A stretch of 64,000 bases of DNA from Octopus sinensis. Lineage: Eukaryota. Position 1 is the stretch's first letter, and every line of letters begins with the position of its first letter. Below the pieces are notes generated by a model. The model searched no databases. It worked only from the letters and a program-made list of their open reading frames with translations, and had not been told where the DNA came from. Where the stretch lies: the NCBI RefSeq assembly GCF_006345805.1, contig NC_042999.1:128526001-128590000 (forward strand), in the 5' to 3' direction. The translations under genes were made by a program, and so were the position numbers. Positions 24,657-37,591 of the stretch are shown here, in pieces.

Positions 24657-25888
24657 TGACTGAGGATGGAGTATTTCCGAAGACTGAGGTTGATGTTGCA
24701 CTGAAAATTGACTGGATGGAATAAAATCCAAGCAGTTAATACGTGGACGATAACATTACTTCGGTATGTAGCGGGAATTATAAAATTGCAAAAGAGAGAA
24801 GTGAAGAAAATTGATACCAAGACTGGAAAATTGTTGACAATACATGGAACCTTCCACCCTAAGAGTGACACCAATAGGCTGTATTTATCCAGAAGAAAGG
24901 GTGGGAGATATTTGATGAGTTGCCAGGACTGTATCCAAGAAGAGGACAACAGCTTAGGGTTGTGTATAAAAAATGCCGCTATTGAAAAACACAAAGAGGG
25001 CCGAATTGAACAAGAAATGAGCAAAAAAAAGAAGAAATAGAAAAAGCATGGAAGGAAAAGAAAATGTACGGTCAGTTTGCAAAAGATACGAACGCCAAGA
25101 CAGATACAGAGAACCGGTAGCTATGGATGAGGAGTGACCTAAAGATAGAGACAGAAGCACTCATTTACGCAGCTTAGGATCAAGCGTTAAGGACTAACTA
25201 TATTAAATGCAGAATAGACAACACTACCGATAACGCCAAATGCAGAATGTGTGGTGAGAGGAGTGAAATGGTATGGCACATCGTTAGCGAATGCCCGAAA
25301 TTGGTACAACGCGAATACAAAAGACACTATGGCAATGTGGCAAGAATGATCCATTGGGAGCTCTGTGGAAATCACGACCTACAAAGAACAAAGACGTGGT
25401 ATGAGAAAACCCCGGAAGGAGTCACCGAAAATGAGAATTGCAAAGTCCTGTTGAATGCAATGATCCAGTGCGATCACCCGACCAGACATCGGAAACCGGA
25501 CATTGTTGTGGTGAATGAAAAAGAAAGAATATGTATGATAATCAACATAGCATGCTCCGGTGACAACAGGATCGATGTGAAAGAAGAAAAAAACAACTAT
25601 GACGATTTGAAGTGGGGAATGCGAAGGTTGTTATCAATGAAAACAGTAGACGGAATACCAATAGTAATTGGAGCACTTGGAAGTATCAGCACTCAACTAA
25701 TAATAAGATTGGTGCGAGTATGAAGGTAGAACATCTACAAAGATCAGCATTGCTTGGAACTGCAAGAATTTTTCGCAGTGTTCTTGAAGCATAACCAGTA
25801 AACAAGTATCACCTTAGTCTGCTGGCTGTAGACAGTTGATACTTTACATCATACATACCAACAAAAGCTGCGAGTTTTCATATAATAA
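24657..25888 (+). pseudogene. R4/Dong-like RLE non-LTR retrotransposon, 5'-truncated and decayed
   Basis: NKIQAVNTW..LLRY.AG; RLYLSRRKGGR; CRMCGERSE..WHIVSECPKL; HRKPDIVVV; IPIVIGALG; LQRSALLGTARI; (TAA)(CAA) tail. Confidence 0.88.
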
Positions 25889-25924
25889 TAACAACAACAA
25901 GATAAATCCTTTCTGCTATAGGCA

Positions 25925-26240
25925 CAAATCAAACTTCACCTGTGCCTCGGAAAATTTTATCTATGCCATTACATGCTTAGGGTGTTGTCATAATTATATT
26001 GGCCAAACAGGAATATCACTCCGTCGAAGAACCACTCTCCACAAAGAACAAATCCACCACCCACAATACAGACAGATACAGGTTAGTGAACACAGAAAGG
26101 TGTGCTAGGAATCTTAATCCTAATTTCCTAATTTTCCCCTTCTGTCAATATTCACAGAACACCTCAGTACAACAAAGAATGAATAAAGAGGCAACTTTCA
26201 TCAATAAATATCTTCCACGACTCAATATGAACACATAAGA
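25925..26240 (+). pseudogene. Penelope-like element GIY-YIG endonuclease fragment
   Basis: FTCASENFIYAITCLGC..YIGQTG.SLRRR..LH...VSEH...R..KE..FI.KY.P.LN. Confidence 0.85.
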
Positions 26241-26769
26241 TAATACAGAACACTAACCTTTCAATTAATACCACTAACCCCCATACATCCCATACACCAT
26301 TCACATTACAGATCTATATCTACCCTAATTGCACCAAATCCAGAACTACTTACCTCTCTTACACATAATCGTTTTACTCAGGGACTGTTCATCAATCGGT
26401 GTGCATTCAAAGCAATGATTAATAAATTCACGAAACCAGTATGCTTTTGAATCTCTTTAACAATTCACAATATTGACTTTTATTACTTTTATTCCTACCT
26501 CAGTTCATCTAATTGTATATATCTATCGTTACTTTTCATAAAAAGCCTTTTCTTTTTTTGATTTCCAGTGTACATTTTCGCTTATTTTTCTTCTTATTTC
26601 CCCTTACATTTCCACGTGTAGTTTCTATTTTTTCTAACATATTTCTATTATATGTGTGTGGGGTGGTGTATGCATGTCTCTTCTATTTTTTAATTATTAT
26701 AAATTTTCCACTGAAAGGAGGGATCCGGTTTCCAACAAAGATACATGGCTCTATCTCTGGGATGTAGTT

Positions 26770-27710
26770 AACGCAGTCAAATTCACATTTGGAACTTGAG
26801 AGAAGTTTTGCGTATCTTTACTGTTCCACTCACAGATTGCACTTGTGATGTACGAATTGGCCGGTCAATTTCTCTTTCTGAAAATCCCAGTTTATTCAGA
26901 TTCTCCTTTAAGCATTTACTAACAAAACATAGTGCTCCAATCATTATTGGTATGAATATGAATTCATAGTCTGGATATAGAAGCTAGAGGTTTCGAAGCA
27001 GTTGTTTATAGATATCCTCTTTTTCTTTGATTTTCAAAGAGATATTTATATCTGCAAGGCAGCTGATTTCTATGATGGTAATACCTTTGCTCCTCTGTCC
27101 CAAATAACAATATCAGGCTTTTGCTCCTCTGTCCCAAACAACAATATCAGGACTGTTATGTTTACTTTTGACAGAAGTTTTGATGGGAATATACCACCAG
27201 TATTCCTTGAATTGGTGTTTTTGAATGTATTCCATAACAGAGATTTTCTAAGTTTATTTCAGGACAGTCTTTTTTGCGGATGGCATTGTAAATTGCTTTA
27301 GCAAAAACATCATGCCGCATAGGAAAGTAGTATTATGATGACTTTCCATAACAGAAGAATTTTCTTAGCTTATTTCAGGACAGTCGTTTTTTGCGGGTGG
27401 CACAGTAAATTATTTTAGTAACAACATCGTGTCGCATAGGGAGGTAGTACCGTGACGACATTTTAGGACAGCTGCTAATCACATGCGTGATGCCTTCCAA
27501 AGAAACATGACATAGCCTACACATGCAGTTGCATCTTGGGATTACAAGAGCGTCACTGTCTCTCTTGTTCACCAGGTATTTTGTGGCAATCTCCTGTCCC
27601 GGGATTGCAAACACATAGCCCTCATAGTGTGATGTGATATAGTGGTCTTGTGGCCAAGAGAGGTTGCGCTTTTTGTCAATTCTACTGTTTTCTTCAAGCT
27701 TCCGTGCAAC
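26770..27710 (-). pseudogene. R4/Dong-like RLE retrotransposon 3' fragment (distinct subfamily), with ~115-bp internal tandem duplication at 27240-27470
   Basis: FAIPGQEIATKYL; CRLCHVSLEGITHVISSCP..RYYLPMRHD; KPDIVIWD; FIPIIIGAL; GTVKI. Confidence 0.75.
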
Positions 27711-28509
27711 ATACCATGTATGGTATGTATGTATGTATGTATGTATGTATGTATGTATGTATGTATGTATGTATGTATGTACGTATACGATAGAGACGAA
27801 GATGATGATCGAGGCTCAGTATTATATGAAAGTATCCACAATCAAGATTTTCGTAGATAATTCTCTAGATAACACCGCTTTCGGGAACCCTCGCGCTAAT
27901 ATCTTACAACAGAAATTTCCCATCCATAAATATCTAAATAGAAAAATATATTATTTTATCAATCATCTAGAGTTAATTTATTTCCTATTTTAAAGCATTC
28001 TGGTTGTAATTATGATCTACTGTAATCTGACACAGTCTCGGCGACGAAATTCCGAGAGAGAGAGCAAGCGAGAGAGTGGTGCTGGTGGTAGTGAGAGGAT
28101 CAGCTTTGATACATGGCTTTGTTTTTTGTCCTGGAAGGATAAAATGCAAAATTGAGCTCAGCAGGATTTGAACGCAGTACACAAAGAACCAGAATAAATG
28201 ACGATTCTGCATTGTAACTAGATGTACATATTAGTAATTCAATAGAGAGCTTCAGTCCTGTACGTGAATGATGTTGTTTCGTAATTATGTATCCATGTTG
28301 AATAACCTAACTAGGGAGTTATTGTGCTCTTACTTGTATTATCTCAACAAGAGACTGGAAAAGTCCAAGATAATCTTATCTTCACAGACAAATTGTCTGT
28401 TGAAGCCTGATACGCGGTCATATATTTACGAAGATAATAAAAGGATATAGTAAAGACAACACACAGTTCTTTTTAGTACAATGACTCATTCTGTTAAGAA
28501 GGTGATGAG

Positions 28510-28541
28510 GAGAGAGAGAGAGAGAGAGGGAGAGAGATAGA

Positions 28542-28588
<47 letters not shown>

Positions 28589-28775
28589 GAAGGAGAACAA
28601 GTAAAATAGATGGGTAAACAGAAAGGAATATATATATATACATATATACATATATATACATATATATACATATACATATATATATATATATATATATACA
28701 TATATATACTATATATACATATATATACATATTTATATATATATATAATATTTATATATATATATAATATATATA

Positions 28776-28822
<47 letters not shown>
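28510..28822. repeat. (GA)n then long (TA)n/(TACA)n microsatellites
   Basis: Direct reading. Confidence 0.9.
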
Positions 28823-28826
<4 letters not shown>

Positions 28827-29512
28827 CTCGATTAGTAATATTTTCTAGAAAATTTGAAATATGATTACGATGTGCAAGAGTTAAGAAGAACTATAAGTTA
28901 TTTATTAAATAGTGAATAATCAGTTATAGTCAATTTATCTCCCGCCATATCGGCTAATGTTTAATCTAGTTTGAGACACCTCCCAGTTTCGAGCCATTTC
29001 TTTTTTCTTTTTTCTTTTTTCTTTTTCAGATACCACTTTTGTGATTGGAATGAAGATTGGAAGTATGATGTAAATGTAGGTGGAGTAGTTACAATACAAC
29101 TGTTATTTCACGAAATATAAACTATATTATTTCTAGGCAAAGATCATAGAGACTCATCTACAATACAAGTAGAAATATTTGCTTTTTTTTACCATGCACC
29201 ATGCAAATTGTTACGAAGCAAGTGCTTTGAAAAGCTGAGAAATAAAGCCCTTTTCTGCATATGACGCTACCCCTTGTTGCGTGTCCAGACGGCTTTACAC
29301 TACGTAAAGCACATCCATACAGAAGTACGTAAGCTGTAACAGTTGTAACGGAATATAATACATTCACCAAATATAACAAATTTCTTCTTACGTACATCTA
29401 CTTATTCCATTATTGTAATCAATATATGTGTGGTGTTGTTGTATGTGTATGTATATGTATATGTAAAGATGATATGTATATGATATATCATTGCATTATA
29501 TATATATATATA

Positions 29513-29783
29513 CTACATATCGCCCGGCGTTGCTCGGGTTTGTAAGGGAAATAACTATATAAGCATTTTTAGAGAGTTATAGCCAAAAAATAGCAAAAAA
29601 ATGCATAAAAATGAAAAAAAATTAAGGTAAATTTTTCTTTAAATCGTTGACACATCGTAGATATTTTTAGAGATTACTTCCCTTATATAACGAAAAAAAT
29701 GCATTAAAATGGAAAAATATGATCGTAATTTTTTTTTAAATCGTAGACTCATCGTAGACGCGCGCTAATACCCTGAGGGCTCG
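29513..29783 (-). mobile_element. Non-autonomous Helitron, 3' part only
   Basis: CGCCCGGCGTTGCTCGGGTTTGTAAGGGAAATAACTATA identical block to 7080 and 53740. Confidence 0.8.
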
Positions 29784-30148
29784 TTTGTTATTCTTGGGTA
29801 CTTTCTGTAAAATTATTAAAATTTTGTTCAAACATCGCTATAGAAAATGGGTTTATTGCTAATATTCAATTGGGTATACAACAAAATTTTACGATAGAAT
29901 TTGTTATTCTGGGTAACTTCTGTAAAATTATTAAAATTTTGTTCAAACATCGCTATAGAAAATGGGTTATTAGCTAATTTCAATTGGGTATACAACAAAA
30001 TTTTACGATAGAATTTGTTATTTTCTGGTAACTTCTGTAAAATTATTAAATTTTGTTCAAACATCGCTATAGAAAATGGGTTTGCTAATATCAATTGGGT
30101 ATACACAAAATTTTACGATAGAATTTGTTATTCTGGGTAACTTTCTGA
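29784..30148. repeat. Minisatellite, ~110-116-bp unit x ~3.2
   Basis: Units start TTTGTTATTC at 29784, 29900, 30014, 30124. Confidence 0.9.
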
Positions 30149-30757
30149 TACCCATAATAATATTTATGGTAAAATAGGCCTTAATTTCATTTAAGTTGTG
30201 GGAAATAACAAACTATCGTTTCTTTCGTTTTGTTTACGTTTAGCGTAACAGTTCGTTTCTGCCGTAATGATTTCAAATGGGCTCATCGAAAAAGTAAATA
30301 GAAATAGTGTAAGGCTTTACTCTTCTGGGAAAGTCGGTGCTTGGTGCAGTTTCTTCAGAAAATCACCGAAAGAAACAGTTTTTAAATTTTCACTCCATTC
30401 AGGTGCTAATTCGTGTTCTTAATCGCTGTCGGATTCACTGTTTTCACTTTAATAGCTGCCAACTTGCAAAGACAAAGAGGAGAAAGGTGATAGCGTCAGT
30501 GAAACAATTCGCTCCCTTTGTGTGTGTGTACGTTTGCGTGTGGTGTAAACCAGACTAAGAAAAGCGTTGACACACACACCAGAATGTGAGTTTTCTGTAA
30601 ATTTTGCTTAATTGGAGTTTAATTTTAAAAACTGGACCTGGCATGACGCGATGCATTGTACTCTTAAAATTGCTAGGTAAATTGTAATTGAAGAAATCCT
30701 ATATTGTAGATTTCTATAACTCCAAAGGGAGGCAGATAAAATCTGCCTTTTATAATA

Positions 30758-30822
<65 letters not shown>

Positions 30823-30962
30823 ACACATATACATATATTATATATATATATATATATAATCTATATATATATTATATATATATATATATATATAGTATAT
30901 ATACACACATACATACATATATATAGTATATGTGTGTTGTGTGTGTGTGCGTGTGTGTGTGT

Positions 30963-31230
30963 GTAGGCCCAATGGCCCAGTGGTTAGGGCAGCGGACTCG
31001 CAGTTATAGGATCGCGGTTTCGATTCCCAGGCCGGGCATTGTGAGTGTTTATTGAGCGAAAACACCTAAAGCTCCACTAGGCTCCGGCAGTTGGGGTGGC
31101 GATCCCTGCTGTACTCTTTCGCCACAACTTTCTCTCACTCTTTCTTCTGTTGGCCTGCTTGCTTAGCCAGCGGGGAGGCGTCATTTGAAGGCTAAAACAA
31201 TGCGAAGCGCATTGTGACCAGCGACGTTCC
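30963..31230 (+). mobile_element. tRNA-derived SINE, family 3
   Basis: GGCCCAATGGCCCAGTGGTTAGGGCAGCGGACTCG...GGTTTCGATTCCC head, then non-tRNA body shared with 12615. Confidence 0.75.
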
Positions 31231-31392
31231 TCGTCATGTCTGCAAATATACATAACAGAAACGTGCACGAACACACATACATATCCATACATGCATATAA
31301 ACAGACATAAAAGTGTATACACTGCATGCACACACAAGCGCACGCGCATACACACACATGTTCGTCTGTCGATGCAACGAAGACCATCTAGT

Positions 31393-31460
31393 CCAGTGTT
31401 TCTCAACAATTTTTCACCTATGGACTCTTTTGATACCCATTTTATTCGGATTGACCCCCT
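31393..31460 (+). mobile_element. hAT/Charlie-like MITE end fragment
   Basis: CAGTGTTTCTCAAC start; no matching right TIR found. Confidence 0.35.
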
Positions 31461-31800
31461 AGCCATTCGATGCTTAAAATTCATATATTCTTATAATTAA
31501 ATATCATTAGGAATAGTTTTTAGAAAATAGTACAAATATTTTGTGAATTATAGAAATATAACCAAGGAAATACAAGAGGATCAGTAAATGATGACCTTAA
31601 CTAATATCAAACACATTGCAGTGGTCCTTCAGTTTTTCTAAGTCTTGTAAAAGAACTTGGGAAGTTGGGCCTCCAACCAGGCGTTTAGCGACACCCTTAA
31701 AGCCAGGAACCTTCCAGCACTCCATCGTATATTAGAAGTAGTTATGGTATATCTTGGCTGTTTCTTCTTGAAGTACATCTACTTATTCCATTATTGTAAT

Positions 31801-31840
<40 letters not shown>

Positions 31841-31847
31841 GGGCGGG

Positions 31848-31891
<44 letters not shown>

Positions 31892-32211
31892 TATATATAT
31901 AATATATATATATAATACATATACATACATATTCACTGTTATATGTAAATTGAGACACAAATTAAAATTGAGAATTGTGGAAATATTATTTGCAAAGTTG
32001 TTGAATAACAGAACATGGGAATGGAAATATTTTGGTATTATTTTTTCTCCATTACACGTTTTTCATTCGTTAATAGGAATTACAAAGGTTTACATATTTC
32101 TTTTACATGTACACCCTTGTATTTCCTATTAACAAATGAAACACTTGTGATGGCGTAAAATAATACCAAAATAAATCCATTTTTCTGGTTTGTTATATAT
32201 GTATATATAAG

Positions 32212-32412
32212 TGAAGGAGTGGCTGTGCGTAAAGAATCTTGCTTTCCAACCACATGGTTCCAGATTCAGTCCCGTTGCGTGGCACCTAAGGCAAATGTCT
32301 TCTACTATGGCTTCGGGTCGATCAAGGCTTTGTGAGAGGATTTAGTAGATGGAAACTGAAAAGAAGCCCGTCGTATGTGTGTGTGTGTGTTTGGTGGGTG
32401 GGTATGTGTATG

Positions 32413-32447
<35 letters not shown>

Positions 32448-32696
32448 GATATATATATATATATATATTTATGTGTGTGTGTCCTTGTATCCGTATTTGT
32501 CCCCGAATCACCGCTTGACAACCGGTGCTGTTGTGTTTACGTGTCCATAGTCTAGCGGTTCGGCAAAAGTGACTGATCGAATAAGTACTAGGCTTAAAAA
32601 ATAAGTCCTATGGTCGATTTGTTCGACTAAAAGCCCTCAAGGCGGTGCTCCAGTATGATCGCAGTCAGATGACTGAAACAAGTAAAAGAATAAAAG
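32212..32696 (+). mobile_element. SINE family 2, full length
   Basis: GGAGTGGCTGTG...CCAACCACATGGTTCCAGATTCAGTCCC...GACTGAAACAAGTAAAAGAATAAAAG. Confidence 0.85.
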
Positions 32697-32709
32697 ACTA
32701 TATATGTAT

Positions 32710-32760
<51 letters not shown>

Positions 32761-32860
32761 TAAGATTTTGTCCGTTTGTTTGTTTGTCCATCAAAATGAA
32801 ACTAAATGGTTCAGGTGAAGCTATTAAGCTTTCTCTCTCTCTCTCTCTCTCTATCTATAT

Positions 32861-32911
<51 letters not shown>

Positions 32912-32991
32912 TCCCGGGTTGAGTCGGGGTTAACCACAGTAAATAAGGTACTCAATACATTGCAGAGTAAATTAATTTATTTTATAGAAGG

Positions 32992-33042
32992 AGCTTCTAC
33001 AGGACTAGTACTGTTTCATTCAAATGAAATCATCAGGAAGCT
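32992..33042 (-). ncRNA. Type I hammerhead ribozyme-like motif (left arm)
   Basis: Reverse complement of the motif at 33826-33876. Confidence 0.6.
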
Positions 33043-33825
33043 GGCTGTCAAAATAAGGTTTGGTATTTATACATTTAGGCAGATTTAATGGGGTGGTCGT
33101 GGGGGGCGTTTTTTGGGTAAGCAGGGCACATACTGTCGTTCTTATGGGAGTGGTCAAAAGAATCAGTGATAAAGTAAATAAATGAATAAATAAATAGAAT
33201 AATTGAATAGATAATTGAATAGGTAAATTAGAAGACTATTGCTTTTAGTCAGTTTGTTGTTGTTGTTATTAAGTTGAGGGAAGAAGTAGATAAATAAAAA
33301 AAACATATAAAATAAATATACGTACAAACCCTCATACATACACATGCGAATATCCATATATATACATATACATATGCTCATGTATATACATACAAACACA
33401 CACATACTTACATACACATAAATACACAAGCACATACATATACATATATATATATGGGTTTGTGTATGTGTATGTATGTAGATATGTATATGTATGTACG
33501 TGTACGTATATGTATGTATGTGCATGTATGTATATGTGTGTATGTATGTATATTTATTTTATATGTTTTTTCATTTATCTACTTCTTCCCTCAACTTAAT
33601 AACAACAACAACAAACTGACTAAAAGCAATAGTCTTCTAATTTACCTATTCAATTATCTATTCAATTATTCTATTTATTTATTCATTTATTTACTTTATC
33701 ACTGATTCTTTTGACCACTCCCATAAGAACGACAGTATGTGCCCTGCTTACCCAAAAAACGTCCCCCACGACCACCCCATTAAATCTGCCTAAATGTATA
33801 AATACCAAACCTTATTTTGACAGCC

Positions 33826-33876
33826 AGCTTCCTGATGATTTCATTTGAATGAAACAGTACTAGTCCTGTAGAAGCT
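33826..33876 (+). ncRNA. Type I hammerhead ribozyme-like motif (right arm)
   Basis: Stem I AGCTTC/GAAGCT, core CTGATGA, weak stem II (T-TTC ATTT GAA-T), GAAA, stem III ACAG/CTGT with loop TACTAGTC, GUA triplet (cut after 33870). Confidence 0.6.
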
Positions 33877-33891
33877 CCTTCTATAAAATAA

Positions 33892-33954
<63 letters not shown>

Positions 33955-33979
33955 AAATCAAAGTTCTGTCTTTATTTTT

Positions 33980-34410
33980 CTCTAGCAAAATGAAATTACC
34001 TTCTTCAAGGGAAGCTATTATGCTATTGCCTAATTTATTACACTCAATCCAATATGTAATTCAACTGATTCCGTCGATGATTTGGTAGATGAAGTCTTTC
34101 TTAATCTTCTTCATAATTGCAACAATACAGATTGGATCTGTGAGCGAGCTATCCTGGCTCCAAAAAATGTTGCTGTACATAGCATTTATAAATTGCTATT
34201 GAATAAACTTCCAGGAGAAGTATTCAGTTATAACTCAATTGACAGTGTTATTGATGATCAGGATATTCTTAACTACCCTATCAAATTTTTGAACTCACTA
34301 GAACCACCAGATACAGCTCCTCATTGTCTTTACCTGACAAAAAGGTACTCCTTTTATGCTATTGCGTAATTTGTCTCAATCAAAATTATGCAATGGTACG
34401 ATTTCTAGAC
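33980..34410 (+). pseudogene. Helitron RepHel Pif1 helicase fragment
   Basis: W.CERAILAPKN..V...LL..LPGE...Y.SIDSV...[14 protein letters not shown] then (shift) [15 protein letters not shown]. Confidence 0.88.
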
Positions 34411-34620
34411 TGGACGTATCCTATCTCTTTCTTCTACCTTTTCTCTTGTCAAAGACAACTGATAAAGCCGACAACTGATAAAGCGTTGTTCTTTATGTTA
34501 CTTGTCCTGTTTTCCATTTGTTTCTCTCGTTGTTTGCGTATTGAACTCATTTGTTTTCGTTTTCATATTGTTTTCTCTGTTGGTGACGTCCTGTACCCAC
34601 ATATGCCTATGTTTATATAT

Positions 34621-34736
<116 letters not shown>

Positions 34737-34939
34737 GATACATACATACATACATACATATATGCATGCATATATATATATATATATATATTTGTTATTC
34801 TTTCATTCGTTTCGGCATGCAGCTATTGTGATACTGGAGCACCACCATGCATACATTTAGATAAATGCAGATACAGACACACACATACACATACGTGTGG
34901 ATATGTATATATATATATATATATGTGTGTGTGTATGTG

Positions 34940-34979
<40 letters not shown>

Positions 34980-34980
<1 letters not shown>

Positions 34981-35795
34981 GAGGTCTGATCAATAAGTAT
35001 CCAGACTGTTGCCATAGTAACGAAGCGAAAACACGCAAAGTAAAGCCGCTTGGCACAGATTGATCTTAAACTCCGCTGTACTTGCGCACTAATTTTTAAC
35101 GTTTTCCCTCACTTCCGCTGTTTACAGTAGTGCTTGGAAGGAAGGTGTGTAGCGTGTGATCGTCGCATTGACCATAAGAGAGAAAGTTGTCACAGTGGCA
35201 TCTGCTCAGTGACCTACAAAAAGTTGCAGAAAGTGTATGGAGAGGAGTGTATGAGCCACATACAAGTGTACGAGTGTTCCAGACGTTTACAAGATGGCCG
35301 AAATAATGTCGATATAGATGAACGTTCTGGGAGACCGGTAACCAGCAGAACTGAGAAAACATAGCAGATGCGCGTGCAGTCGTGAAGGGAAATTGTCGAA
35401 TCATCATTCGTGATTTATCAGAGGATGTACAGATTAGTTGCTGTTCAGTTCAGTCCAGTATCACTAAAGATTTGGGTATGAGTCGCGTGTCTTTCAAGTT
35501 AGTACCAAAACTGCTTTCAACGGACCAAAAGGACACTCGAGTTTCAGTTGCACAAGATCTCCTTGATTGTGTTGAGAACTAAGAAAACTGTTTGAATACT
35601 TTTCGTAGGCTCATGAGCAGGTATCACCGAGCTTTTGGAAAAATCTGATGCAGATTCTCTGCTCAACTTTCTCTATTATGATCAATGCGACGATCACACG
35701 CTACACACCTTCCTTCTAAGCATTGCTGTAAACAGCAGAAGTGAGCTAGAATGTTAAAACTTAGTGCGCATGCACAGCAGAGTTTGAGGTCAATC

Positions 35796-35799
<4 letters not shown>
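34980..35799 (+). mobile_element. Mariner remnant: left TIR, transposase N-terminus and inverted copy of its own 5' region
   Basis: TA|CGAGGTCTGATCAATAAG; KKLQKVYGEECMSHIQVYE...DERSGRPVTS; LGMSRVS.KLVPKLL; 35664-35799 is the reverse complement of 35054-35189. Confidence 0.85.
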
Positions 35800-35829
<30 letters not shown>

Positions 35830-36189
35830 TACGTGTGTATAAATGCTTGCTTGCCAGTATCTTTCGTACTTTATTTCTTTAAACTACTAATGCTATGTTG
35901 GAATATTAAATTCATGCGGTATATAAGTTTACATGTTTAAAGGTATGTACCTCGGTGGTTAGTCTCTATCACCAGACTAGCTTCGATTCCTTGATAAAGT
36001 GTCATGTATTGTCTTTCAGCAAAGTACTTCATTTGAAGCTGCCTCAGTTCACTCAAAGGAAATAAGTACCAGATTATCACTGGTGCTCTGTCTCTGCTTG
36101 TCTGTCTCTCTGTCTGCCTGCCTGTCTGTTTCTCTCTCTCCTTTCCCTCCGACACTGGACTGATAGCGGAGTGTCGATGTGGTGTCTGC

Positions 36190-36440
36190 TCACAAATACA
36201 TAGACTCTTAAAACAATTAGCAACCCTCGGTTTGTACCGATCACCGTTGAGACTTCAGGTGTTCTCGATTCGATTTTCGTCGCCAAATCGAGATAACGGC
36301 GGTCCTTCCGGAAATGAGCTCGCAAGGTGGAGTGGCTGCTATAGCGAGTTGGCCATTCTCCGCGGCAAAGCCATCGTTGTCATGACGGCGGGGTGTGGCT
36401 GAGCCAGCTATTTGTTCTGGAAGAGGGGGATGTCCCATTG
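36190..36440 (+). pseudogene. CRE-clade-like RLE non-LTR retrotransposon 3' fragment
   Basis: With frameshifts: HKYID...RFVPITVETSGVL..DF.RQIG...EWLL*R..LAILRGKA, matching the recalled CRE end motif KY..L..F.P.AVET.G...WL.QRLS.AI.RGNA. Confidence 0.55.
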
Positions 36441-36981
36441 ATCCTCTTCCTCACTCCTGTCTTCAGTTGCTTAATCCTCCCTCCTTTTATCTCACTTTTC
36501 TGTTTCTTTTCTAGTAATTAAAGTGTGGTTCAATGAAAAAAATATTAGCAAATGCATGGTTTGTATGTTCACTTCTGTTTTTAATTATTTCAATTCTTCT
36601 TCTGAGGAAGGGTTGGTTTGCAACAGACACAAAGCTCCATCGTTGGAATGTTGATAACAAAAAAAAATGTCACATTTTAAAATTGTGGGAAGTTTTGCAT
36701 ATTTTTACATTATGTACGTATGCATCGATATATGTAAATATGAATGTGTGTGTGCACATGTATATGTACCTATACATGTATACACATGCGTATATAGATA
36801 TGTGTGTGTCTGTGTCTGTGTTTGTATGTGTGTGTGTGCGTATGTATGCATGTGTGTCTATATCTATGCACGCATATATGTAAGTATATTATGTGTATAT
36901 ATATATGTATGTATGTATATATGTATGTATGTATGTATGCATGTATGTATATATGTATGTAAGTGTGATGTGTGTATGTAT

Positions 36982-37018
<37 letters not shown>

Positions 37019-37463
37019 GTTAATTTATCACTACGTATGCATGTATAAATAAGTTTGTATGCCTGAATGTTTATATTTGTATGATTGTGTATACATGCAT
37101 GCATATACACTTGTATGTGAATGATATCAAATAAATCTCCATCGCTGCCTAAATACACTCACTAGAACCAGTACGAAAGAAGTAACATTCGCCAATGTAT
37201 ATGATTAAAAAGTTTGAAAACATAACGTTTTCTACAAGAATGTTTGATCTGTCTAAAAGGATAATGGAGAACGTTTGTTTAAAAGTGCTAATGATCGCTT
37301 TTCCAGAAATGTCTTCTTGTGGAAACTTAGGAATTAGGAATTTTTTTCATCATTTTTGTACAACAGAATAAATATTTTGGTGCCATCTGGACAGTAATTT
37401 TTTACACTGATTACCATTACTGATTATATATGTACTGATATATGTCAGTGCGTATGTATGACC

Positions 37464-37465
<2 letters not shown>

Positions 37466-37495
<30 letters not shown>

Positions 37496-37557
37496 TGTAT
37501 GTATGTATGTATGTATGTATGTATGTATGTATGTATGTATGTATGCATGCATGTATG

Positions 37558-37591
<34 letters not shown>

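Larger units (their letters stand above)
32975..33893. repeat. ~920-bp palindrome: ~346-bp near-perfect inverted arms (32975-33321, 33548-33893), Penelope pseudo-LTR-like
   Basis: Arms reverse-complementary by eye with only a few differences; ORF track shows identical peptide ends on both strands (33163-33525 minus, 33454-33705 plus). Confidence 0.92.

Noticed and set aside
30963-31040. tRNA-like sequences (also heads of SINE families 1 and 2)
   Set aside because: They run directly into SINE bodies and lack a complete acceptor stem; treated as SINE heads, not tRNA genes.
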